Of a stretch of 64,000 nt of DNA, positions 52,081-63,279 are shown one piece after another. The notes beneath the pieces were generated by a model. The model was not told the origin of the DNA, ran no database searches, and saw nothing but the letters and a program-made list of their open reading frames with translations. The DNA lies in NCBI GenBank assembly GCA_036172245.1, contig JAYWIR010000007.1, positions 4,030,001 to 4,094,000 of the forward strand. The letters run 5' to 3'. The DNA is from Raillietiella orientalis (lineage: Eukaryota). The stretch's first letter is position 1; every line of letters starts with the position of its first letter. Both the position numbers and the translations under genes were made by a program.

Positions 52081-52270
52081 TGTCTCCGAAGGGAACCTTG
52101 AAGGAAATCTCCTTCCTTACTCTCTCCGGAGGGATCCCCGAAGAGGTCCGCTCCATTTTTCTTCTCCGAAGGAAACCCGCAAGGGAATCGTTCCTGTTCA
52201 CTTCTCCGAAGAGAACTCTGAAGGGACGCTTCCGAAACTTCTCAGAAGGGTATCCCCGAAGGGAGCGGCA
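52081..52270. repeat. Degenerate ~40-bp tandem repeat (5 units) within SINE copy C
   Basis: Unit cores ctccgaag/ctccggag/ctcagaag at 52084, 52124, 52164, 52204 and 52241 (periods 40, 40, 40, 37). Approximate consensus ttctccgaagggaaccccgaagggancgctcc. Confidence 0.8.
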
Positions 52271-52640
52271 CACTTCTTTGCACTGTGGAGAGGTGTCATC
52301 ATCAATCCACCAGCTCCATGGTACGAGAAAGAGGATTCTCCCTGAAGGAAGGAGAGGTCCGCCCCTTTGCACAACTGGGGGTAACCTTCCAATAGTTGAT
52401 TCTGATTCTGGAAGGACCTCGGATAGCCGACTCCCAGTCCCGGCCACTCATAGGGGCATCCGGTTTGAACCGCTATCAGTGCCGCACCCGGATGAATGGA
52501 GGCCAACCAGCGTCATTTGCAGGAAGAACTCGAACCCACAACTCATCCCCATCTTTCGGCGTCGATTCTTTCCGAGTATTCGAACCCGCGATGCCTGGTG
52601 CCTCGCGCGGAGACCACAACTACGTGGTCTCCGACGCAGC
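52081..52640 (-). mobile_element. tRNA-derived SINE-like repeat, copy C, nested in the DIRS-like fossil
   Basis: Minus-strand ggcaccaggcatcgcGGGTTCGAATAC (B-box 52576-52587). Body is homologous to copies A and B. T-rich tracts at ~51695-51710 and ~51836-51860 could be eroded poly(A) tails. Confidence 0.7.
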
Positions 52641-52985
52641 ATATCAGCAGGTTTCCAGAGGATTCGGACATGGTATAGCCGGGTGCCTTTTTTCTGAGTT
52701 CTTTTTTGTAAGTTTATCGTCCTCAGCAAACGCCCTGGCACAACAGCGTGACAACGGCGATCGCTTCCCGCCGCCCCTGAATCTCCGTTCTGGCTGGCGA
52801 TGAGAGCTTGGGGACCCAGTAATGGGAAAGAACTCCGAACAACGTTGGGAGCGACCGCTCGCGCACGCAAGGCAGTTGACAGGAACCAACGACTCGCGTT
52901 CCACCACCTTCACCATCGCTTCCTTTCTCGAGCCCTCTTCTCACCCTTCCGAGCAATGCCGTACGTGGTGTCGGTAGCCGGAGGA

Positions 52986-53129
52986 TTCCGTTCCAGTGGG
53001 ACAGAATCCTCTAGAGATCCCCGAAGCGAAACCTTTTCCACCAAAGAAGACTGGCGTTCGCAAAAGGGGAGTATTGGACCCTCAGCACTGTCCCACTGGT
53101 CCCATTAGGTGTGTCCCACTGGAACGGAA
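52986..53129. mobile_element. Small MITE-like unit with perfect 18-bp terminal inverted repeats
   Basis: ttccgttccagtgggaca (52986-53003) and tgtcccactggaacggaa (53112-53129) are exact reverse complements. An extra ctgtcccactgg lies at 53088-53099, and GGA flanks both sides. Confidence 0.55.
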
Positions 53130-56100
53130 GGAGCTAGGTCGTAAGATGAGGTGGCAATAGGAAGAAAGCAGCTCAGCTCATGGAATGCCAGCTTGAACGA
53201 AGACGATGTTCATCCAATGCAGCTCAACACTGAAACGATAAATTTTCTCAGCTACTGCAGAGCTCCGCCGGATCTCTTTATCATCTCTTTGGTGAGCCTC
53301 ATCACGCAGCTTTGTTCTTGGGGCTGCTCCTCCAGAGGAGGATTCTCGTTGTGCCACTCTCTGCTTTGCAGCGACACAGTAGCCGAAGGAAGGTGGAATT
53401 CTAGGTACGAAGGCATCGAGGACATTCCCGGCATCCCCAAAGAGAGGAGTTCAACTCCCTTGAAGGCGAGAAGCTCCCCTTCCTTCCCTTCTGCATGTAA
53501 CTTGTTCGTCTCGAATCTGAAGGCAATGGCATCCTCTCCTGCCCTCGCCCGAAAAAGCGCCAGAACGCTGGCGGTCCGAGAAGCACATGGAGGGAAATGA
53601 CCTCCAACCACGGTACCGACAGATCTGGGTGCCACTCTACTCTAAGAGGCAGCTACCCAGGAAGAAATTTTTGTGAGCTAAATGGAAAGCAAACTCCAAG
53701 AACAAATGGCCACAAAAGAAATTAGGCATCTGCTGGGGCCATGAGTTTTTGGCGGTTACCATGGGAACTTGGATGGGGAGTAATCAAATTACAGCTGGAG
53801 AGTCACTGAAACCTGATGATGCCTGCTCCCGTTCTAAGTCGGTGATTCCGAATTGCAGCGGAGAACTCACACGCAAGTAAGAGCAGATCCAGAGGCCGCC
53901 GGGGAAACGATGGGAAGAACTGCAAGGCCGGCAGCGTTTGGTTGAAAGTATGAATCCTCTTCCTTCTTGGGCTTCCTAAGTGAGCAGGAACCGAAGAATG
54001 CCTGATCAATTATCCGCTTCCCGGATCCCCGGAGTAGGCTGTGTTTTCTAAATAACCTCATTTGTACAGGAACTCTTATTGCATTCCCGGATAGAGCCCC
54101 GCGAAAATGATGTTTCTGTTCATCGTTAAACATTTGCTCTTTGGTCTCATCTGATAAAGCAGGCGATTCTTCAAAACTCCTCTTTGATGTTTATGGGTGT
54201 CTTCTTTTGAAAGTTTAATCTGGACATCTTGAATCAACTGGAATTTCACTCCAGACGAATCTTCCTCGGTACCAGCTCTGATCACATGCAATCAACATCA
54301 TACAAAGTCAAACAGGTCCTGCCTGGAGATAATTGAACAGACCTCTGAAGGCGTATCCGCCTTAAATTGACTTGCGGTTGGGAGGTTAACTTGAGAACAA
54401 ATCGACCTTTCCCGGGTCCAGGTCTCAGGTTTTCGTTTCACATCTCTTCTGATTTGGCTCCGTCCAGCCCAAAACCCCGTGCGCACGTGCACGCGTCTTT
54501 GCTTGGTGTACTGACACCGCGTGGTCGCAGTCTGCACGGGCGCTTCGCTGGACACGCTTCGCCGCCTTCAGAGAGATCTCGAAATCCTCTCATCTTCTCA
54601 CGAATGCTGCGGGAACCTGCCCTTGGAAGTGGGGGGCTCTGCGCTTGCATTCCAGAAGTTCGTGATCAGTAATCCCTGGCGGCAGTTGCAACCAGGAGCA
54701 CAGACCTCATCCTATTCTATAGGAGGAGGAAAGGAGAGCACTGCGACCTCCCGCACGAGTCTTCATCTGTGCTTTCAACGCGGTTCACCAGATGGGACAG
54801 TTGTACCCCGACTTTTCTGAACCTTCTTCTCCCATCAGCGTTTCGAGATTTGGATGGGTTGGTAACCACCCGCTTCTCCACAAATCAACGGCGCTAACGG
54901 AGACCAGTTTCATGCAGGCCTTTCCGCGGTTAGGTTGTTCCTGTTTCCCTCGACAATCTGCTTGGCAGGGAGCAAAGCTTTTGCGAGTTGACCGCAGTGC
55001 AGGAGTGCCAACCATCGCGGAGAGGTAAGGACGAGATATTTTGTTTACAAAGGGAGTAGGCTGCGCTTTCCCTTGAAACTGCGGCTACCCCAACACCGGT
55101 GCAACGTGTGGTGGTGTAGTGAGCAGACAAGCAGCAGAGAGAGAAGGAACAAACAAACGCACAGATTGCTAAAAGTGCTTCCTTGAGGATTCATAAAAGA
55201 ATTCTCTTTGGTTCTTCTGAGAGATCGTATTTCCGGGAATTGGGATCCATCAAGAATGCTTTTGTCTCAGCGAGTTTCGGCTGAACCATCCTTTCCCGCA
55301 AATCTCCTTCTGGTGAGGGTGAGAACGCATGCCCAACAGTCTGTCCCTCGGCGTCGACTTTTTCTCTCCCGCTTTAGGGTAACCGTCGGCTGCAGGCACA
55401 GCCAAACGCGATCCTGGAGAACCGAAAGGGGGAAGTGGGGAGCGCTTTCGGGTGGGGGTGACGACAGTGCTGCCAACGATGGCGGCAGCGCAACCTCCTG
55501 AATGGGACTTCCAGCCCCACTCACGAACTCGTGACTTCCCCTCGAGCTGCGAGGAAGCGCCGGAAGCAAACCGTTGACCGAGATGAGCCGACAACCAGCC
55601 TGGTCAGTACAACGCTGCAGCAGAGGAAAGAAAGAAGCTAGAAAGTCAGGAAACGAACTAGGAACTCTCGGTGTCCCTCCGCCTCCTGGGACGAGGTTCC
55701 CTCTTTTGTTCACGCGACTATCCATCGGCTGGTGATGGACCCTTCTTCTACTATCGTGCTTGGATGCCAGTCCAAGCAGGAGGCTGCAGGCCATGAGCAC
55801 GATCCGGAAGGCAAGGAGGGAATCGGGAAGAGGCTGCGAAGAGAGATCCCGTTCTCTCCCTCCGCTCCACTGCTGAAGGGCGTCTCCGGACATGCTGAAT
55901 CCGGAAGTCAGTCCGGTCTGCAGGAAGGCTCTCCGCAAGAACCTTCCAGAAGCAGTGCAGGATGACAAACATACTGAGGCCGAAGGTTCTGCCATCTCCC
56001 GGGGGGGAACCTTCTACTGGCTTTGTTCCTTCATTGCAGCCTTGAGAGGAGGGGACCACGCACGTCTGGAAAGCGGTCGCTCCAGGGACGGGAATCCGTG

Positions 56101-59100
56101 AAAGCTCATCCATGATCTCTTCATCCGCTCAGCCTCCTCGTCTCAGCCCTGTTTCCCCATCGCCCTCCTCTGAAGAAGAGATGAGGGAGAGGGGAAGAAT
56201 CCACGGAATATGCGCTTCCTTTCCGCCAACTGCAGCAGCCGGGCGCCTCAAGGTGCTGCGCACCGTTTTTCCTTTCCTTCTCTCCCCGGATGCGTTCCAG
56301 TCTCTGTCGTCTCCTCTCCGCTCCTGTTTCCTGGGTTTATCTCTCTCTTCTCCCTACCTCCGAGGTGAGGGCAAAAGCAACCTTTCTTTAGGGAAAGAGG
56401 AGAGGAAGCGGGGGAAAATTTCCCGTCTCTTCGCTCGCTCCCCTGACTATCCCTTTCCTCCTTCAGGCTCGCTTCTGATTCCCGAAAGCATCAGAAGCTC
56501 TCGGAGGCGAAGGAAGACGGAGGGAGACGGCGGCGACGAGCTCGGACTCAGTTCCTCCCTCGCTCGAAGCCCCACCACCTCCCCACCCCTTCTTATTCTT
56601 TCCTCTGCTCCCTTCCACCCTGCGTTCCCATTTCCGTCCATCTCATCCTGGAAGAACGAAGAGGAAATTCCAGGCGGGTGCATGGAGTGCCACTGGGGAC
56701 CTCCAACACGGCTCGCTGGCCGCTGCGGTGTGGGAGGCGCGCGTGCAGCGAAAGGGTGCGGGGGTGTCTGTGTACCGGATGGACGCGCACAGGAGCCAGA
56801 GGGGGGGAGAGAAAAAGAGAGTGAACGGGAGGGAGGTCGGAGTACAGGGACGAAGCAGGAGCCCTTTCAGGGGCGACCCGGAACATCGCTATGTCTCCTT
56901 TCTGTCCTGGATCCTTGGTGAAGGGGCAGAGAAGGAGGGCGAGGGCCGTTTCCTATGGCTTTTCTTTTCTTGCTCCCCCCCAGGCCGAACTTCCCGCTGC
57001 ATCGGTCTCCTGGCAACAGTCCATCCCGTCCGACAACCCCGCGATCTTGCCGCCGACCTCTCGAATTCGGCAACCAGAAACGGAAGGGGAAAAGGTGGGG
57101 ATGCTGGGAAGAAGGAGGCAATGTCTCTCTTTTCTTCCCCCGCCTCCGTGCTGAGGGAGTGGTCGCGAAGTGGGAAACTCGGCAGGGAGGCGAAGAATGC
57201 GGAAGACCCGCTCCCCTTCAGCAACCCCCCTTTTCCTATCTCCCGTTTAGGTGATGGATTGGGAGGGGGATTGTTTCCTCCCCTTCCCGGCCACCTGACA
57301 GAGGCGGCGTCCTGGGAAACCCCGTTGCCAGGTCGGAAACTTCCGGAGTCGAAAGAAGGACGACGGGAGGGTTTCGATTCGCCTTAGCTAGGAATACGCG
57401 CAGAAGAGAGTGGGAAGGGCAGAGGATGGGTGAGAAGGAACACCTCTACTACGCTAGCTACTCTACAGCTTTGCTTTTCTGGAGGGGACGATCCAGATCG
57501 GCGCGTTCCCAATCTTTCGCGGAAGATCCAGGAAAGGGGAAGGAGAGGGAGATGAAGATGAGATCGGAGCCCTCACCTGTCTATTCTTTCCTCCTTCCCT
57601 CGGACGCGGGGAGTGAGGTCTCATCAAGATTAGAGCTTCCGGTCCGGCGTCTTTGATGGGAGCCAGTAGAGCGCCTCCCTTATGAAAGCGACCGGGACAC
57701 TCCGAGGAAGTGAGGATTACCTAAGGGTGCTTGTCGAGCGCATCCAAGGACGATGAGGAGTAGCCGAGCGCGTCTCCCCCGAAAAGTAGAGGAGCGCCGC
57801 AGCCATCCCGCCGCAGCCATCCCGCCGCATCTCGAAACGCCTCGCATCCTCTTGCGGAGGGCGACCCTCCCGTCTCATCCTCCGGAAGACGCTGGCGAAA
57901 TTCCCCATCCGGCAGCGCATGCCTTCCAAGGGACATGCTGCCCCCTGGAGACCCATGCCGATAGTGCGCTCGCGCTCGCTAGGCACCCTCCGCCCCCTAT
58001 CCGAACTTTCCGGCTCGCGGCTGGGACCCATCTCTGCTGCGAGGACTCCTCCCCGCTGCAGAGATGAGAAACCGGGGGGTGGCTGAAGCAGGGGCTCAGG
58101 GGGACCGAACTTTCCCCTCCTGCTCCTTTTAAAGCGCAGAAGAACGGCCTGGGACCGGGGACCCTCCTAGAGGTTTCTGGGCGTCGTCAGCGGATGGCGC
58201 CACCACCTCCAGGAGCATTCCGGCCGACTCCCAACCCTCCGGAAGAGGCTCAGCTGCTGCCCGGGGCGTGTCATAGGGAACCGAGAGCGAGTCAGGGTGT
58301 CATCACCGTGTCCTGCAGGGCTTCACGGCACGGAAGGTGCCCGAGGGGAACCTCCGAGGGAGCGAGGGACATCCAAAGGATCGCGGAGAGCAGGTCTCCG
58401 CCCCGGCCTGTCTTCAGGGACCTCAGAGAACAGCAGAGAATACGGGGGGGGGGGGGAGTCACCTGCACGCTGCGGCCGGGAGCAGCAACCGACTCGGCAC
58501 AGGTGCAGCGGGGAATCTCTCCGGGAACATGAGTGGGCGTCGGGCGTCCTCTCGGCTCCTGCCACCTGAGGTGGCGCGGTGGACGGAGCGGAGCTCTGCG
58601 ACCTCACGTACGGGTCGCATTGCACTCAGGGTACCTCAAAGGACTGCTTGGAGCGCTCTGGAAGCATCCTGGAAGCACATACTGCAGGCACAGTCGCGCT
58701 AGCTCGCTTCAGACACACGGCAGTCACGTGAGTGGTGCGCGCCGTGCCTCCGCGGGTGCTCTGGAAGCCCGCGGGGGAGGGAGGTTCTTCTGAAAGGCGC
58801 AGCAAGCACGAGGGCGGATCGGCAGGCAGTTTCTGTCCGCCGGAGCTGCACTGCAACGCGAGCACGTCGCGAGCACGCCGACTTCACGGCAGCCCAACGT
58901 CGTTTGTCTGGACCCTTCCCCGAGAGCGCCCTCCCACTCCCGCAAGCTGGACGGGAGGATTATGGCTCCCTTCTTCGTTGCGTTCAGGAGGAACGCGCTT
59001 GGGACCGCAGGGAACGCGTTTCCCGGGATCCTTGTGGCCCCACATGGCTTTCGCGTCCGCCTCGCACCGGACCCATTTCTCATCGTAGGAGGAAGACTCG

Positions 59101-62100
59101 AGATTCCTCCCCACCGCCTTCCGCTCCCGTCTCCTCGCGCCCCGGTGATCCCAACTCCTTCCCTTCGAACCTCCCTCTACCCGGTAAAGGGAGGCCGCGG
59201 GGCTAGATCTTTGCCGCCCATGAGCTCGTCCTTTCCTCTCCTGTCGTCGCCGTTCCGCATGAAAATCGCGATCGCTGGAGCTTGGAATTGATGGATGTTT
59301 CCCGCCTCCACTCTCCTCCGCACTGATCTTCCCAAGAAACCATCGATCAACTCATTCGGGAGGCTTGTCAGGGTGGAGGTCCGTCGTCCAGGGACGCCTT
59401 CCCCAGCGGCGCCGCCTACAGGGAGCCAACAAACAGCCCCTCTCAATTGGCTGCGGGGAAGGGAGCACAAATCCTTCTGATTTCCAGGGGGTTCTAGAGC
59501 AACCTCTTTCCCTTCCTTCCTCCTTTCAAACTTCTCTTCCCCTTTCAGGGCAAGAGGGATCCGGACATCGTTCCCTCTTCCCTCCCTCAAGGAAAGAAAA
59601 CGAGAACGTCCCCCTTCTTCCCTGAAGGTGAAAGGGAAGGAAAGGGAGGAGGGGATGGCAGGAACTGCTTCCTCACGAAACGTGCAAGTCCCACCCCGTC
59701 CCGGGATGCTTCCCCTTCTCCCCTCCAAAGGATTCCCCCGTCCCTGGAGCGACCCCGGACTGCCTCACGTTCTCTGACGGATGCAGGAGACGGAGGAGAG
59801 GGTGAAGACCTAGGAAGGAGAGTCTGCAGCTCGCCTCCTCGGGCGACGCATCCCGCCTCTCTCTGGGGAGCCAAGCGGCATTCATCCCTCATCGTATCCA
59901 CCCCATCCACTTCTCCTATCGGCCGCGGAAGCAGCCGAAGACCTCACGCCTAGGATGAACGCGCGCGGAGGTCCACTGCCATCAGACGCGCGGATTCCCG
60001 TCCCTTTCCGGAATCACGGGAAAGTCAGCGCGCTTTTCGGAAGTAGCAGCCGCTGTCTCCCGCCCGCTATCCCTACCGTTCCGTTCTTTCCTTCTTCATC
60101 TCTAGCACGCCGTCTCCCGGCAGCGGTTGGGTGCGCACGCGCTCGTCCCTCCGTGACCAAGCAGACCGCCACCCCCCTCCGCCGTTTCCCTGACCAGCCG
60201 ACGAGCCTCTCCCGCACCTAGAGAAGGGGGAGGGGTGGGTGGATGAGAAGGAGGGCATTCAGGAATAGCTCCCTCCTTCCGTCGTACCCGAACCTTTCAG
60301 CCGTCGCGGAGAGTGCGCGAGTTCGGAGCTTCTGAGATTCCCGCTCGTTGCCCCGGGACCAAACTGGAGCCGCCAGAAGGGTGGCCGCGTTCGCAGATGT
60401 AAGGGACTGGAGCCGCCTGACTTGTTCCAGAGTCCCATCCGTGCTTCCCAGAGGCTCCCGGAAGAAGCACATGGGGAACGTCAGCTCGGCACGCGGGTTC
60501 TCTTTCTTCCCCTTCCTCATTCTATTCCGGAAGCACCCAGAAGGGAACGCTTCTTGTCGTCGGGGATGTGACAGGTGAGGAGAGTCGTTAGGAAGGCGGA
60601 AACCCCGGGATCCAGAATCGGAAGGAACTTCCGGAGAGAGCTCTGGCATTGGAAGGAACGGGAGGAGTCCCGGTTAAACTGCCGCTCAAGAAAAAGCTGG
60701 AGTACTGCAAGGGATCTCGCGGGACAGCGAGACGTCGGGGTTCACCAGGTGTCCGTCTCTACCGGAAGACAAAAAGGGGTGGATCAGAGGAACGGGAAGG
60801 GTGGGGAGGGAAGAAGATGGAATGGTCCCCTCCCTCTTCCCTCCTTCCCTTTCCCCCTCTGAGCCCCCTGTGTCCGCTCCAGAGACGGAGCCCCGTCTTC
60901 AGCGACCCGGGCCCGGCTCGCGCACGCGTCCTCAGGGTGGGAAAGGGAGAAGTGAGCACTTCCTCCCTTCCCCATTTCCTCCCTCCCTTCAGTCAGCGAA
61001 GAGCGGCCTCGGAGGCGCCCCTTCTCCATCCGTGGAGGCGCCGCCGCTCCCAGGAAGGCAGAGCAAGATGGGAGGAAGAGAAAAGGGGGAGGGCAAGAGC
61101 CAAAACCTCCCTCTGCACCCCGCCGCCGCTTCTCTCTCCCCTCCCCCGCCTCCATTCCGCTGCACGCCAGTGCCGGTACCCCTTCCCGAGTACTCCCACC
61201 CTTCCCTTTCTTCCGAGGAAGATCTCGCAGTCGGCGAAACCTTTTAGTTTCCCTCTTCCGCCCCGAGCAGGAAAAGGCAGCAGCTATGAAGGCCGTCCCT
61301 TCCCTTCTCCTCCTTCCCTTCCCCGCCTGAAGAAGGTGGGGAAGGGAAAGAGAAGGGAACATCGCTTGAATGTGTCCGTAGACATCAACGTCGAGAACTC
61401 TAGATGTGCCCCCTCCCCTTCCTCATCCTTGCCGTGAGGGGCGTGCATCGCGCAAGAGGGCCAGGAGTCTTCTCAGAACTCAAGGCACCTGATGCTCCCC
61501 CCCAGCTTCCGACTCCAGGAGTCCGGGAAGACTCTAGGAGTAGCGTGAGGGTGCAGTGCCGCTGGCACGCTCGCTCCCCCGAGGCGGGAGGCTGTTTATG
61601 CTGCTCTCGGAGTCCAGGTGCCCACCAGGGATCACACTGAAGTACTGGGAGAAAGGGACTCCTCGTTCGGAAAGGAGCAGCGTCGCTCTTCCCTTTCCCT
61701 TCCTCTCCTCGTTTCCCTCGTGCCTTCCTGAATCTTTCCCTTCCGCCGTTCGTGATCGCATCCCATTCGCATCACCCCCTTTCCGCCCTTCCCGACGTGG
61801 ACGTGTCCCTCGGTTATTCTCGCATTCGCCAACCCATCCCAAGCGGCTGGAAGGATGAGAAAGGGAAGAAGAGGAGGAGTCCCTCTCCTCCTCCCCCCTC
61901 CTGCGCTCCTCTCGTGAGCGGAGAGGTCGGATGCGCCGCATCTCTTCGTCAGGCGCATCCCTTTTGTGCCGATTCCCCCTTCACCCGGACGCCGGGGCTC
62001 ATGGAGGAGGAGGGGCTGCGGAAGGTCAGTCTTCCCGCCCGACGACAGCAGGATGACGGCGCTGATCGCGAGATGCGGTCGCCGCCTCCACGCTTGCCTC

Positions 62101-63279
62101 CCGGCTCAAGATCCGGCTGCGCTCGCGGGAGTCCCCGGGGTCTATCGCTCCTCTGCCTGGGGGAGAAGGCGATCCAGGGAAATTTATGGCAGTGCGCCGG
62201 CACCGGACGTGCGTCCCGCCTCCTCCCGTTCGCTCCCGGGCTATTGATCTTTCCCCTCTCCTCGGAGGATCCTCTCCTGCTACGGGGAGACGGAAGTTGG
62301 AGGGAGGGGAGGGATGGAAGAGTCCCCTCTCTCCCCGCGAATCACGAGGCTGGGGCCTCTTCCCTGTTGATGGCGACCCTTGCACCGGGCTCCGAATCCC
62401 CTTGGAAACGACCAGCTGCCTCCCCGTAGGAAAGCAAAGAAGAGGAAAGAGAAGGTGAAAAAAAACTCAACTCCTTCTCCGCAGGGAGGAGGAGGAGGAG
62501 GAGACGAAGCCACTGGTGCCCTTCCGAGCCACTTGTGGCGCATCCACCCGCGTCGCCTCTCCGTTTCATCCGCGTGAGAGGCTCCTGAGAGGAAAGGGGG
62601 AAGGGGAGGCAAGGAAGAGCGCTGCCGTAGGGCACAGGACCCAGGGAGTAAGGCGCTCGAGTGCGGGAGGCTCCCTCTGGTGTAGGAAGACTCAAAGCGC
62701 CCTCGGGGCACGGGACCGCGTTGCGCGCGCGATCCGCTGCCCCCGCGCCCCTCTTCGCCGAGCAGAGAAGGCAGGAGCGCGCGTATCGGTTCGGCTGCTT
62801 CCGGTTCCGATCCTGAGACTCCCCTCTCCCGATTCCGGCTTTGAGCTGGACGCGGTCCGACAATAGAAGTGGAGAGAGGGGAGAAAGAGACGCACCCTGG
62901 ACGGTCGCATCGCGTCCGGAACTCCTGGGCGCACGTCCCCACTGCTGCCATCGCGCGCGAAGGCGTTCCATCGACGCGGTCTCAAAAGTTTTTCCTCCCA
63001 CCCCTTCTCTGCGAGCGAGTCTGCTGGAGACTCCCCTGGACGCCCGCAGGCAGGTGCGCTGCTACCTCAGCGATCCCAGGAGCTTCTCTGCTGGACTCTC
63101 CCTCCTTCCGGTTTCTGGAGGCGGCTGCTCGTCCCCATCCCGTATGTTCGGAAGGGGTCCAGCGCGCCCCGAAGACAGGAAGGGAATGATTGTTGCACCC
63201 ACCCACTCCCCTCTCCTCCTTTCTTCCTTCTAGAGGACGAGGCTGCTGCTGGGGGGAGGATCCGAAAGGAATTCTTCGG

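Larger units (their letters stand above)
49500..54350 (-). mobile_element. Fossil DIRS-like tyrosine-recombinase retrotransposon (RT, RNase H, MT, YR); a gag region may extend to ~56.1 kb
   Basis: Ordered remnants: FFGSCSLRKPKKEED and LPALQFF (~f.S.lF.vPKkdG, L..LN.F, ~53.95 kb); FLLWPFVLGVCFPFSSQKFLP (~LPFGL..ap..FtK, ~53.7 kb); WLEVI (~YLDD); EGKEGELLAFKGVELLSLG (~n.eKS.l.p.q...fLG); RNase H ERESLVPVNCLA (~hIN.LE), ALIASQN (~vl..sDN), PQEANGEGDG (~ipG..N..AD); MT-like ESVSWPIIHPPSGFLLHTV (~W...y.fPP..ll..vl, ~51.45 kb); YR-like PLPVRTKAKKADYLRH (~cPVr.l..Yl) and EAMRGSTGYSEKSSEKMDRIGREGLKS (~HS.R.....a...g.....I...g.W.S, ~49.7 kb). Confidence 0.55.

Noticed and set aside
52081..52270. Regularly spaced 40-bp units as a possible CRISPR array
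   Set aside because: The units are degenerate tandem repeats without unique spacers, there are no cas genes, the context is eukaryotic, and the array is part of a dispersed repeat.
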